A stretch of 64,000 nucleotides of DNA from an uncultured Candidatus Saccharibacteria bacterium. GTDB lineage: Bacteria; Patescibacteriota; Minisyncoccia; Phycocordibacterales; SBAW01. Numbering within the stretch: position 1 is the first letter of the stretch; every line of letters begins with the position of its first letter. Of this stretch, positions 28,826 to 37,219 are shown piece after piece. The stretch covers positions 21,588 through 85,587 of the forward strand of contig CAYHDT010000001.1 in the NCBI GenBank assembly GCA_964355655.1. Reading direction: 5' to 3'. A program made the position numbers and the translations under genes. The notes beneath the pieces were generated by a model. That model made no database searches and was not told the origin of the DNA. It saw only the letters and a list, made by a program, of their open reading frames with translations.

Positions 28826-28863
28826 GCCAAAGATTTGCCATAGCCTTCCGCTTCCCAGAGTGT

Positions 28864-29508
28864 TTAATTGCTGTCTAAGGTGCGCCAGAGGTAGAAGCAG
28901 GCTACCGTTCGGTGGCCTGACCAGCACCTTGCCAGCTTCTCCATTTTCTTTGGAGTGGGTTTGTGCCGGAGATGAAACACTTTTTGGAATGCTTTTTGAA
29001 TACCAAGGTCGCCTGTGGGCAGCACGTCGGGTCGCGCGAGCGTAAACATGAGGAACATCTGCGCTGTCCACTCCCCTATGCCCTTAACCGCGACGACATG
29101 CTCGATAATCTCGGTATCGGACATCGCGTGGAACAGAAGCGGGTTGATAGTGCCGTCTTTAAACTTTGCCGCAAGGTCTTTCAAGTAGCTCGCCTTTTGT
29201 CCCGACAGTCCGGCGGCGCGCAACTTCTCGGTTTTTATTTCGAGGACATTTTCCGGAGTAGGAAAATTCCTCGCCCTACGAAGCCTTGGCGAAGTAGGGT
29301 TGAATAGGTCCACAAATCTTTTTAAAATGGTCGCCGCTGCCTTGCCCGACAACTGCTGGTAGACAATAGCTTCGGCCAGCGATTGAAACGCGTCCATCGA
29401 GTGCTCGCGCCGGAAGGTAATAGGCCCGTGTTTTTTAACAAATGCCCCGAGGTGTTTGTCTTTGGATAAGTATTTTATCGAAACAGCATGAGGGTTGCCT
29501 TTAGTCAT
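28864..29508 (-). CDS. DNA-3-methyladenine glycosylase II-like (HhH-GPD family, AlkA).
   Basis: HhH motif VKGIGEWTAQMF followed by a catalytic Asp (PTGDLGIQK). Start reassigned to MTKGNPH (29508). The 5' extension in the ORF track is Cys-rich and not protein-like. Confidence 0.8.
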   Translation of the reverse strand: MTKGNPHAVSIKYLSKDKHLGAFVKKHGPITFRREHSMDAFQSLAEAIVYQQLSGKAAATILKRFVDLFNPTSPRLRRARNFPTPENVLEIKTEKLRAAGLSGQKASYLKDLAAKFKDGTINPLLFHAMSDTEIIEHVVAVKGIGEWTAQMFLMFTLARPDVLPTGDLGIQKAFQKVFHLRHKPTPKKMEKLARCWSGHRTVACFYLWRTLDSN

Positions 29509-29575
29509 GGGTGCATAATACACGCCTGGCAAAAAATACGGTACACAAATAAAAAAACCGCGGCACCCGCCGCAG

Positions 29576-30103
29576 TTAAAAGTATTGCAGTTTGAGGATG
29601 CACGATACGGTGGGCTTTTCCGTCCACCGGTTGAAGAGCCACATTTCAACATCGCGCTCAATCACGGTGCCTTTGCCGCTTGGTGCGGCGTATACATCTC
29701 GTATTTTTGCGCGCACCCAAGGCTGGTCCCCCACATACGCTGGCGATGGGAGTCGGAGCCGATCCATCCCTCTAACAATTCGGACCGAGTGGCCGGTCAG
29801 TACAAAGAAGTCGTCGGGTAACAAGCCAGGAATGAGCGAGACCAGCAATAGTCCGTGGGCGATGCGTGCGCCGTACGGACTCTGAGTCTGTGCGACGAGA
29901 TCGAGTTCTTCGTGGATCCACTGATGATTGCAGGTAAGCGCCCCGAACTGGTCGATCATTGGGCCGCTTATCCAGGAGACCTTCCCGAAGTCGTGTTTGA
30001 GTGCGCTCCAGTCTTCGGTAATGAATGTTTTGAGCGCCTCAATATCGCGGTAGTCTGCTCTCGGTTTTTCGAACATGGGTGTTTGCAGCATGTCATCCTC
30101 CAT
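29576..30103 (-). CDS. MaoC-like (hotdog-fold) dehydratase.
   Basis: RIAHGLL and hotdog-fold motifs, 175 aa. Confidence 0.7.
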   Translation of the reverse strand: MEDDMLQTPMFEKPRADYRDIEALKTFITEDWSALKHDFGKVSWISGPMIDQFGALTCNHQWIHEELDLVAQTQSPYGARIAHGLLLVSLIPGLLPDDFFVLTGHSVRIVRGMDRLRLPSPAYVGDQPWVRAKIRDVYAAPSGKGTVIERDVEMWLFNRWTEKPTVSCILKLQYF

Positions 30104-30144
30104 GGTTGAAAAAAGGCCGCGGCGGATGCCGCGGCCTGTAGTTG

Positions 30145-31392
30145 TTAGGCGACCGCATAGCCGCCCGTCTTGGTGTCGAGGTCGAAGTTGGCCTCGATGA
30201 AGTTGATGACTTCCTGCGGGTCGATGTCCTTGTTAAAGACAAGGTTCGGCCCATGGTGTTCAAGATACACCGCGAGCAAGTTGCCGAAGCACCGCAGCCC
30301 GCGGCTGGTGTTGCGACCGCACTCGTGGCTGCCGCACTCGTACTCGCGCTGCGAGATAGTCGGCACGCGCGAGCCCGGCTTCTTTTCGCAGTGGAAGTGG
30401 ACGATGCAGTCCGCCTCCGAATGCTCGGTAAACACAATCCGCTGTGACTGCCCGCCGACCGACGGCTTGCTGCCGTACGCGATGACCGAATCCGGCCCGT
30501 CCGTCCGCACCTTTACCAGCCCGACGTTCCTCATATCGTTGAAGTCCGTCTTGCGTCGCGAGGTAAGAAAGGTCTTCTCATCGAGCTTGGCCGCAAAGTG
30601 TCCGGCCGTGACGCCACGCACTTTTTTGTAGGCGCCCCTGCCGATGCAGTAGTCGACGACCGCCCGCAGACTTGCCGGCACTTCAGCCGACTCCCACGCC
30701 ACGGGCTCGCCGGCAACGACCGTCGAGCGGGTAAATGTGAGATGCGAGCGCAAGTACGCCATCTCGACCAGCTCCTGCAGAGCAGCGTCGCGGTCGGTGG
30801 TGACCGCATACGTTGCCTCTTCCGGCACGATGATCATGTTGGCCTTCGACTTGCCGTCGTTTGCGAGCACCAGGTTGGCGCTCGCGCGCTTGAGCATGTT
30901 GAGTCCTTGGCGGTATTGCTCTTCCTGCGAAGCGCCGTAGGTCTGCTTGAATGCGACGAGGAAGATATCCTTGCGCTCTTTGCGGATCATTTGCACGATC
31001 TTTTCGCTCGGAGTAAGCATCAGGCGGTATGTCTGCGGAGTGCCCGCGTCGTCCGACGTACGGAGCCTGCCCGCACTCTTGCCGCTCTCCAGCTCGTCCG
31101 CACTGCCGTCGAAATCCACGATTGCCGGATTAAAGAAGACAATCTTGGTTGTTGGATTGCCGACGAGCCCTGAAACAAACCTCTTCATGTCCTCGTTGGT
31201 GTCGACGAGGCTTGCGGAGTCGGCCATGTTCGTGAGCGTCAGCCGCACGTCCATGGTTTGGTCGTGCGCCTGGTACAGCTCGGCAATCTGCCTTGCCGTG
31301 TTGCCCATGGCTTTGGAGCCCAAGTACAGATGCGAGTCGATATGGAAGCGGGTGCCTCCGCCGATGACATGCACAACCTTGTTGGTAGCCAT
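30145..31392 (-). CDS. Two-domain protein: an N-terminal DFP/CoaB-like Rossmann domain fused to a C-terminal class II aldolase/adducin-like domain. The function is uncertain.
   Basis: N-terminal VVHVIGGGTRFHIDS..LGSKAMG and NPAIVDF resemble the CoaB motifs ITAGPTxExIDPVR..SSGKMG and AAVADY. The C-terminal part has KPSVGG and HSEAD..IVHFHCE, like class II aldolase metal ligands. Start at MATNK (31392) with a GGAGA RBS. Confidence 0.6.
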   Translation of the reverse strand: MATNKVVHVIGGGTRFHIDSHLYLGSKAMGNTARQIAELYQAHDQTMDVRLTLTNMADSASLVDTNEDMKRFVSGLVGNPTTKIVFFNPAIVDFDGSADELESGKSAGRLRTSDDAGTPQTYRLMLTPSEKIVQMIRKERKDIFLVAFKQTYGASQEEQYRQGLNMLKRASANLVLANDGKSKANMIIVPEEATYAVTTDRDAALQELVEMAYLRSHLTFTRSTVVAGEPVAWESAEVPASLRAVVDYCIGRGAYKKVRGVTAGHFAAKLDEKTFLTSRRKTDFNDMRNVGLVKVRTDGPDSVIAYGSKPSVGGQSQRIVFTEHSEADCIVHFHCEKKPGSRVPTISQREYECGSHECGRNTSRGLRCFGNLLAVYLEHHGPNLVFNKDIDPQEVINFIEANFDLDTKTGGYAVA

Positions 31393-31394
31393 GA

Positions 31395-31787
31395 TTAGTC
31401 TCCTTTGGTTTGAGTTCTTCGCATCAGAATCTGTTCTTTCCAGAGCTGTTCGAACGCCTCCCTGTCGATGGGGTGCACATTCGAGCCCTCTTTGCATTGA
31501 AAGAAGACTCTTCCCCAGTCCAGCACCGCGAGTCCTTTGTTCATCAGAGTGCTGTAATTGCAGTCGATCCCCAGGATTCGAACGCCTTCTGCTTTGGAGT
31601 TGAAGATTGACCCCAAAACGTCGAATCCGAATGCGTAAGGTAGCTCGCCGCCCTTCAGTTTGATGAGATTGGCCCATCCGGGCTTCTTCTTGTCGAGCAA
31701 GGCTGCTCCCTTCAGGACATAGGAGCGTTGGTCGTCCTTTTGTTCCTCCAAAGCACTTTGTTGGCTCATCGTGGCCTCCTGTTTCAA
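31395..31787 (-). CDS. Hypothetical protein.
   Basis: 130 aa ORF immediately upstream of the fusion gene. Confidence 0.5.
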   Translation of the reverse strand: MKQEATMSQQSALEEQKDDQRSYVLKGAALLDKKKPGWANLIKLKGGELPYAFGFDVLGSIFNSKAEGVRILGIDCNYSTLMNKGLAVLDWGRVFFQCKEGSNVHPIDREAFEQLWKEQILMRRTQTKGD

Positions 31788-31916
31788 TGAACTGTCTTCT
31801 GAACGAAGAATAGGCCTCTCAGTATAGGATTACAATAGTTGTTTATAATCCAGCTGAACACTTGCCAAAATACGTTGTATTATATAGGATAAGAGTTATA
31901 ATTCTATATTGACACT

Positions 31917-32684
31917 ATGCAAGAAACTGCCTCATCCCTTATAGCCTTGGGCCTCACTCCTACCGAAGCGGCCGTCTACCTTGCGGGCCTCTCCTACGAG
32001 TCGGTCACGGTCCAGGACCTGGTTCGGTCGACCAAGGTCAAGCGGCCCACTATTTACCACGCGCTCTCGCGATTGCAGGAGCGCGGGCTCGCCGCAGAAA
32101 AGCGCGTGGGCGAGCGGCTGCGCTTTTATATGTCGCCGCCCCAGAACCTCCATGTATTAGTAGAGGCGCAAAAGCAGCGGGTTGTCGCGCAGGAGAAGCT
32201 GCTCCAGGAGCTCCTGCCCTCTTTGTCCGCCCGGCAAAAGCGGGTCAAGCAAGACGGCGTAGGTGTTGTGCACTACAGTGGCATCGAGGGGATGAAGATG
32301 GTGATGGACATGGCTTTTTACTGCAAGACCAAGCGCTGGGATGTTATCGCCCCCTTTAACAACTTCCTTCGCGAGTACGACTCGGAGTATGCCAAGCAGT
32401 ACTTGCAGTCGCGCAAGTATCACGGCATCATCTCGCGCACTCTGTGGGAGAACACCAAAGATGGGAAACCCCTTTCTGAAGAAGAGAGGAGCGAGCGCAA
32501 TCCGCGGCTCATGCCCTGGGTCATGCACGGCAAGTTTAAGTCGATGATGGTACTTTTTGACGATAAGGTCGCTGTCTTTTCCCCGTATGACAAACTTTCC
32601 GCGGTGCTCATCACCAGCACAGAACTGCACGCGCTCTTCGCGTCGATGTTCGAAGGACTGTGGGAATTTTCGGAGCGATATTAA
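31917..32684 (+). CDS. TrmB-family transcriptional regulator (paralog 1 of 4).
   Basis: N-terminal wHTH LGLTPTEAAVYLAGL..VQDLVRSTKVKRPTIYHALSRLQERGL, and a C-terminal effector-binding domain. Confidence 0.75.
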   Translation: MQETASSLIALGLTPTEAAVYLAGLSYESVTVQDLVRSTKVKRPTIYHALSRLQERGLAAEKRVGERLRFYMSPPQNLHVLVEAQKQRVVAQEKLLQELLPSLSARQKRVKQDGVGVVHYSGIEGMKMVMDMAFYCKTKRWDVIAPFNNFLREYDSEYAKQYLQSRKYHGIISRTLWENTKDGKPLSEEERSERNPRLMPWVMHGKFKSMMVLFDDKVAVFSPYDKLSAVLITSTELHALFASMFEGLWEFSERY

Positions 32685-32757
32685 AAGATATTGTATAAAA
32701 TACACCACCGTGCTACATTGTGGTGGAACTAGTTCTCCAACAGGAAAGGATTCTGCT

Positions 32758-33294
32758 GTGGACCTCAAACGGTTTATCCGCAATATCCCCGACTTCCCCA
32801 ACCCGGAGATTATGTTCCGGGATGTGTCTACTCTGCTTCAAAATCCTGCGGCTCGCCGCCAAGTAATTAAGGATTTTGTCGCAGCGTGGGAGGGACATGT
32901 TGACGTCATCGTGGGCCTCGAATCGCGGGGGTTTATTTTCGGCAGCATTCTTGCCGACAGGCTAGACCTCCCCTTTGTCATGATCCGCAAGAAGGGCAAG
33001 CTCCCGGGCGAGGTCATTAGTCAAGCCTACGGGCTCGAGTACGGCAGCGATATCTTCGAGATCCAGGTCGACGCTTTTGCTCCCGGTGCGCGCGTGCTGA
33101 TTGTCGACGATCTGCTCGCCACCGGCGGCAGTGCGGCTGCGGCTGCGGCTCTCATTAAAAAGGCCCGCGGCACGGTTGCCGGCTGCGCCTTTGTGATTGA
33201 GCTGCGCGAGCTCAATGGAGCGGCCAACCTCCCTGGGCTCAGCATCCAAACCCTCGCCGTCTATAAGAAGGAAGACGCTCTCACGGCGGCGTAA
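32758..33294 (+). CDS. apt: Adenine phosphoribosyltransferase.
   Basis: PRPP-binding motif VLIVDDLLATGGSA. GTG start at 32758 preceded by an AGGAAAGGA RBS. Confidence 0.85.
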   Translation: MDLKRFIRNIPDFPNPEIMFRDVSTLLQNPAARRQVIKDFVAAWEGHVDVIVGLESRGFIFGSILADRLDLPFVMIRKKGKLPGEVISQAYGLEYGSDIFEIQVDAFAPGARVLIVDDLLATGGSAAAAAALIKKARGTVAGCAFVIELRELNGAANLPGLSIQTLAVYKKEDALTAA

Positions 33295-33336
33295 GTCGTT
33301 GCCCAAGGCTCCGGAATTTCCGGAGCCTTTTTCTTT

Positions 33337-34926
33337 TTATTGTTTCTTCTCGCGGTACTGCAAGGCCTCCAGCACATGGCTTTCGTTTATATCTTCGGTG
33401 TAGTCGAGGTCGGCGATGGTGCGCGCGACTTTTATGACTCGGTGGAATGCGCGCGGACTAAGCGCCATGCGGGTTCCCGCCTTTTCCAGCAGCTCGCGCA
33501 CTTTTGTTGAAAGCGGTATGAGGTCATCCAGCTCACGCGGAGAGAGGTCGCTGTTGGTCTTGCCAGGATGCTTGGTTTTTGAAAATCTTTTTTTCTGCGC
33601 TTCGCGCGCTTTGAGCACGCGCGCTCGTGCCGCGCGTGTTTGCGCACCTTCGGTATCGCGTTTGCCCAACTCGCCAAGCTCTACCGGCCCCATCACGCTC
33701 CACAGGTCGATACGGTCGGCAATCGGGCCGGAGATTTTGCGCCGATATCGCTCTAGGCTCATAGGCGTGCAGGTGCAGGCAACTTCCGGATGCCCGTAGT
33801 TGCCGCAGGGGCATGGGTTCATTGCCGCCACCAGCGTAAACCGCGCGGGAAATTGCGCCGTGCCTTTGGCGCGCGACACTGAGATGACGCGGTCCTCCAT
33901 CGGCTGGCGCAGAGCCTCGATCACGCGCCTCTCAAACTCGGGGAACTCGTCTAAAAACAATACGCCGCGGTGCGCGAGCGTCGCTTCGCCGGGGCGCGGG
34001 TTGGCGCCCCCGCCGACTATCGATACGTACGAGCTGGTGTGGTGCGGGCTGCGGAACGGCGGCATGGTCAAAAGTTCTCCGCGCAAAACTCCCGCAACCG
34101 AGTGTATCGAGTTTACCTCCAATACGTCGTCGAAAGACAGTGGCGGGAGTATTGAAGCGAGTGCCCGTGCCAGCATGGTCTTGCCTGTGCCGGGTGGCCC
34201 CGACAGTCCTAAATTGTGCCCGCCGGCCGCCGCGATAATCGCGGCGCGTTTTGCCGACTCTTGTCCGCGGATATCCTCAAAGGCAAACTGCGACTCGCCG
34301 AAGTCGTAAGAGAGCTGGGTAGGCGCAGCGGGTTTGAGCCGGCTGCCTAAGGACCGTCCTTTGGAGCCCTGGTTTAAGGACGGTCCTTTTCCGGCCGGAC
34401 CTTTCTTGGTATTCAAATGCTCTATCACTTGCCCGAGGGTCTCCGCGCCGTACACCACTATCCCCTGTACCAGCGCCGCCTCGGCGACATTTTCCATCGG
34501 GACAAAGACCGCCTTTTTCTTTTTGCGCTTGGCCTCGGCCACCAGCGGCAAAATTCCGCGCACTGGCTGGAGCGCACCGTCGAGCGACAGCTCGCCTACA
34601 AATAAATATGGGTCGGGGTCAAACTTGATGTCGCCCGCGGCTAAAAGGTATGACAAAGCGATAGGCAGGTCGAACATCGGTCCCTCTTTTTTTAAATCTG
34701 CAGGCGCGAGCGATATGACAGTCTTCTCGTTCTTTTGTTTTGGCGACTTAAAACCCGCGTGTTTAATGGCGGAGGCTACCCTATCCCAAGCCTCTTCTAC
34801 CGCTTTGTCGGGCAACCCGATGATATCGAATTTATGTAATTGTCCCGCTGAAATATCCGTCTCGACTGATACTATATACGGCGTCAAAACGCTCGTTTGC
34901 GCCCCAAACACCTTGGCGTAATGCAT
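33337..34926 (-). CDS. comM: YifB/ComM-family Mg-chelatase-like AAA+ ATPase.
   Basis: Lon-like N-terminal domain, AAA+ Walker A GPPGTGKT, and a C-terminal ChlI-like domain. Confidence 0.9.
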   Translation of the reverse strand: MHYAKVFGAQTSVLTPYIVSVETDISAGQLHKFDIIGLPDKAVEEAWDRVASAIKHAGFKSPKQKNEKTVISLAPADLKKEGPMFDLPIALSYLLAAGDIKFDPDPYLFVGELSLDGALQPVRGILPLVAEAKRKKKKAVFVPMENVAEAALVQGIVVYGAETLGQVIEHLNTKKGPAGKGPSLNQGSKGRSLGSRLKPAAPTQLSYDFGESQFAFEDIRGQESAKRAAIIAAAGGHNLGLSGPPGTGKTMLARALASILPPLSFDDVLEVNSIHSVAGVLRGELLTMPPFRSPHHTSSYVSIVGGGANPRPGEATLAHRGVLFLDEFPEFERRVIEALRQPMEDRVISVSRAKGTAQFPARFTLVAAMNPCPCGNYGHPEVACTCTPMSLERYRRKISGPIADRIDLWSVMGPVELGELGKRDTEGAQTRAARARVLKAREAQKKRFSKTKHPGKTNSDLSPRELDDLIPLSTKVRELLEKAGTRMALSPRAFHRVIKVARTIADLDYTEDINESHVLEALQYREKKQ

Positions 34927-34945
34927 CCCCAGATTCTACTATGAG

Positions 34946-35200
34946 TTATTCATACAGCTCCGCGTGGGTACCTATGGCAATAAAATTGAGTGAGCCGTCG
35001 GGATACTTCTCGTAGATAAGGCGGAAGTCGCCCGTGATGTTTATGCTCCGGCAGCCTGCATAGACACCGTGTAAGAGATGATTGTTCAATGCAGGGTCGA
35101 ATTCATTTTGCAGAAAAAGCGCCACTCGTGCCTTTGTTTTGAGATGCAACGATTTAGACAATTTTTTGTACTGTCTGCGAAAGCGGCTCGAATAATGCAT
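34946..35200 (-). CDS. RelE/ParE-family type II toxin.
   Basis: 84 aa, with FDPALNNHLL...GDFRLIYE motifs. The antitoxin gene is immediately upstream. Confidence 0.7.
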   Translation of the reverse strand: MHYSSRFRRQYKKLSKSLHLKTKARVALFLQNEFDPALNNHLLHGVYAGCRSINITGDFRLIYEKYPDGSLNFIAIGTHAELYE

Positions 35201-35206
35201 GGAGGG

Positions 35207-35476
35207 CTATTTATTGAGCGACTTAAACATCTCTTCTACATTTCGGTACGGTCCGTGCGCTTTTCCTGCCGCAAATTCCCTGCGCGCTTCGTCTATTATT
35301 TTGCGGGTGCGGGCATTGGGCACCAAGGGTACCGTGAGCTCAAGTCGCTGGTCCTCGGCGAACTTACGAAGTCCCGCGTTGACTACGAGCGAGAGCGGCA
35401 CCCCCATCTTTTTGGCGGTCTTGCGGGCACGGTCGCGCACATCCTTATCCACTTTGATACTGATAACAGTTTTCAT
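35207..35476 (-). CDS. RelB/DinJ- or ParD-like antitoxin.
   Basis: 89 aa, RHH-like N-terminus (KTVISIKVDKDVRDRARKTAKKMGV). There is a 6-nt gap to the toxin gene. Confidence 0.65.
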   Translation of the reverse strand: MKTVISIKVDKDVRDRARKTAKKMGVPLSLVVNAGLRKFAEDQRLELTVPLVPNARTRKIIDEARREFAAGKAHGPYRNVEEMFKSLNK

Positions 35477-35604
35477 ATAACCAAAGTATATACTATGGTA
35501 GCATTAAATCAAGGAGACCCGAAATCTGATGTTGTAGCAAAAATAGAACCGGCGGCCCGCCCGGAAATTTTCTGCGTTCCTGGAAACTTCGTTTTACGGA
35601 GCCT

Positions 35605-35919
35605 CTACTCCATGTGGAGCCGGCACGTAGCGGCCGCGGGGTTTGCTTCAAGGCGGTCGTTCTCTATTTTTTCTCCGCATTCCTCGCAAAAGCCGTAGGT
35701 GCCGGCGGCCATGCGTGCCATAGCGGCGGTTATTTCTTTTTTGCGCGCCAATAGAGTCGCGGTCTCGGACGCGTGCTCCTCGCTCTCCTCCATCCGGTCG
35801 GCCAACTCGTCGGGCTCGGTCGCGGTCGGATCAATATCTTCGTGTCCAAGGTCGGCAAGCTCCTGCACCACGGTATCCAGCTCCTCCTCCAGCTTCATTT
35901 TTAATTCGTCGTTTGTCAT
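35605..35919 (-). CDS. DksA/TraR-family C4 zinc-finger protein.
   Basis: C-terminal CEECGEKIENDRLEANPAAATCRLHME four-Cys motif after an acidic coiled-coil. Confidence 0.75.
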   Translation of the reverse strand: MTNDELKMKLEEELDTVVQELADLGHEDIDPTATEPDELADRMEESEEHASETATLLARKKEITAAMARMAAGTYGFCEECGEKIENDRLEANPAAATCRLHME

Positions 35920-36037
35920 CCCGTTAGAAGTTTAAATATATAAAATTACTAAATAAAATTAAATCCCATTATTTTGTTTACCTGACTTCTAACGGGATCA
36001 TATTTAAAAGAGTATACACTACCTATCCTGGCCGGGG

Positions 36038-37219
36038 CTATTGTCCCGGGATAGGAACCAGCGGGGTGGTGTCGAGCCGCGAGAGGACCTCGCGGAGCGT
36101 GTATTCGTTGGTGGTAATAAGTATGGTATTGCGCCCGAGGAACGTCCACAACAGGAGTATGTCCCCCTCCGCGTTTAAGTAAGCGCGCGTGTCGCGGTTT
36201 TCGACTATCTTGTCCACAAAACCGGTATTGATAAGCTGTGGAGTCGTACTTGCGGGAGCCGGCGTACCGGTTTGTTTTGGGCTGGGGGTGCGGCCAAAAA
36301 GCGGCAACAGCTCCCCGCGGAGCGTGTACTCCCACTGAAGCATCGCCCGATAAGCGGTTTCATACGACTCTATCTGCAACAGGAGAAAAGCCTGATTTTC
36401 CTCGAATGAGTGCAGGCCTAAAAGATAGACAGGGGCAAGCGTGCGCAGGAGTTCAGGGGGAGTTTGAGGAGCAATAAGCTGCAACAGTTCGGCTGCGCTC
36501 AATTGCCGCGGCGCTCCATTGTCTTGTATCGCCGGCTCGGCTATATATACCCACTCAATAAGTCCCACCGAGAGCTTCATGCTCCGGCGCGCGGCCTCCA
36601 AGCTTGCCATCACGGTGTCACGGGTACTTACCGCGGCCGGCACCTCAACGGATACGCTTTCGTCTACGGTCAAAAACGGAGCGTTGGGCGCCTGCGATGC
36701 CGGTACGGTTGTGTTCCGCAAAATAACAAAACCCGCCGCACAAAGCGCGATAATAACCAGTACTATGCCGCCGGCAATCATAGTCCAACTCAACCGGCGG
36801 GAGCTTTTTTCTTCCGCGGTTTGAGGGTCGAGCGGCTTAGTTCCCCTGCGGGTAGCTTCGGCGGACGCGATAGACACGACCGAGGCACCATGTCCGCTGC
36901 TTACCACTTTTTCTATATCCCCCTGATAAGTTTGTAACGGCCTTATCGCGGACTCTGCGGGAGCGGAGGCAAAGACGGGTGTTTTTGTCGGCGCAGGCGC
37001 CGCGGCGTCGGGCTTCAACAAGGTAGCCTCTTCTTCCTGGCGAAGAAGCGCCCCCGCGTTTATCCTGCTCGCGCTCGTGACCAGCCCGCCGGCCGGCGGA
37101 TCTTTTTTAGGGAGCAATATGCTCTGTATATCAACGGGGTCCGGTTTCTTTTCGGGGGAAGGAGGCATGAGGTTGTGTAGAAGGCTGGATGCCTTTGCGA
37201 GACGCAAACTCCGGGTCAA
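36038..37219 (-). CDS. Hypothetical membrane-anchored protein. The true start may be downstream of 37219.
   Basis: One TM (WTMIAGGIVLVIIALCAAGFVIL) between a Pro/Ala-rich N-terminal region and a C-terminal domain. The 5' end overlaps the pnp 3' end by up to 89 nt. Confidence 0.5.
   Translation of the reverse strand: MTRSLRLAKASSLLHNLMPPSPEKKPDPVDIQSILLPKKDPPAGGLVTSASRINAGALLRQEEEATLLKPDAAAPAPTKTPVFASAPAESAIRPLQTYQGDIEKVVSSGHGASVVSIASAEATRRGTKPLDPQTAEEKSSRRLSWTMIAGGIVLVIIALCAAGFVILRNTTVPASQAPNAPFLTVDESVSVEVPAAVSTRDTVMASLEAARRSMKLSVGLIEWVYIAEPAIQDNGAPRQLSAAELLQLIAPQTPPELLRTLAPVYLLGLHSFEENQAFLLLQIESYETAYRAMLQWEYTLRGELLPLFGRTPSPKQTGTPAPASTTPQLINTGFVDKIVENRDTRAYLNAEGDILLLWTFLGRNTILITTNEYTLREVLSRLDTTPLVPIPGQ

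Noticed and set aside
28864-29661. Long N-terminal extension of the AlkA-like gene
   Set aside because: The extension (MSAMLKCGSSTGG...CGGCRGFFIC) is not protein-like. The internal ATG at 29508 gives a standard HhH-GPD protein.
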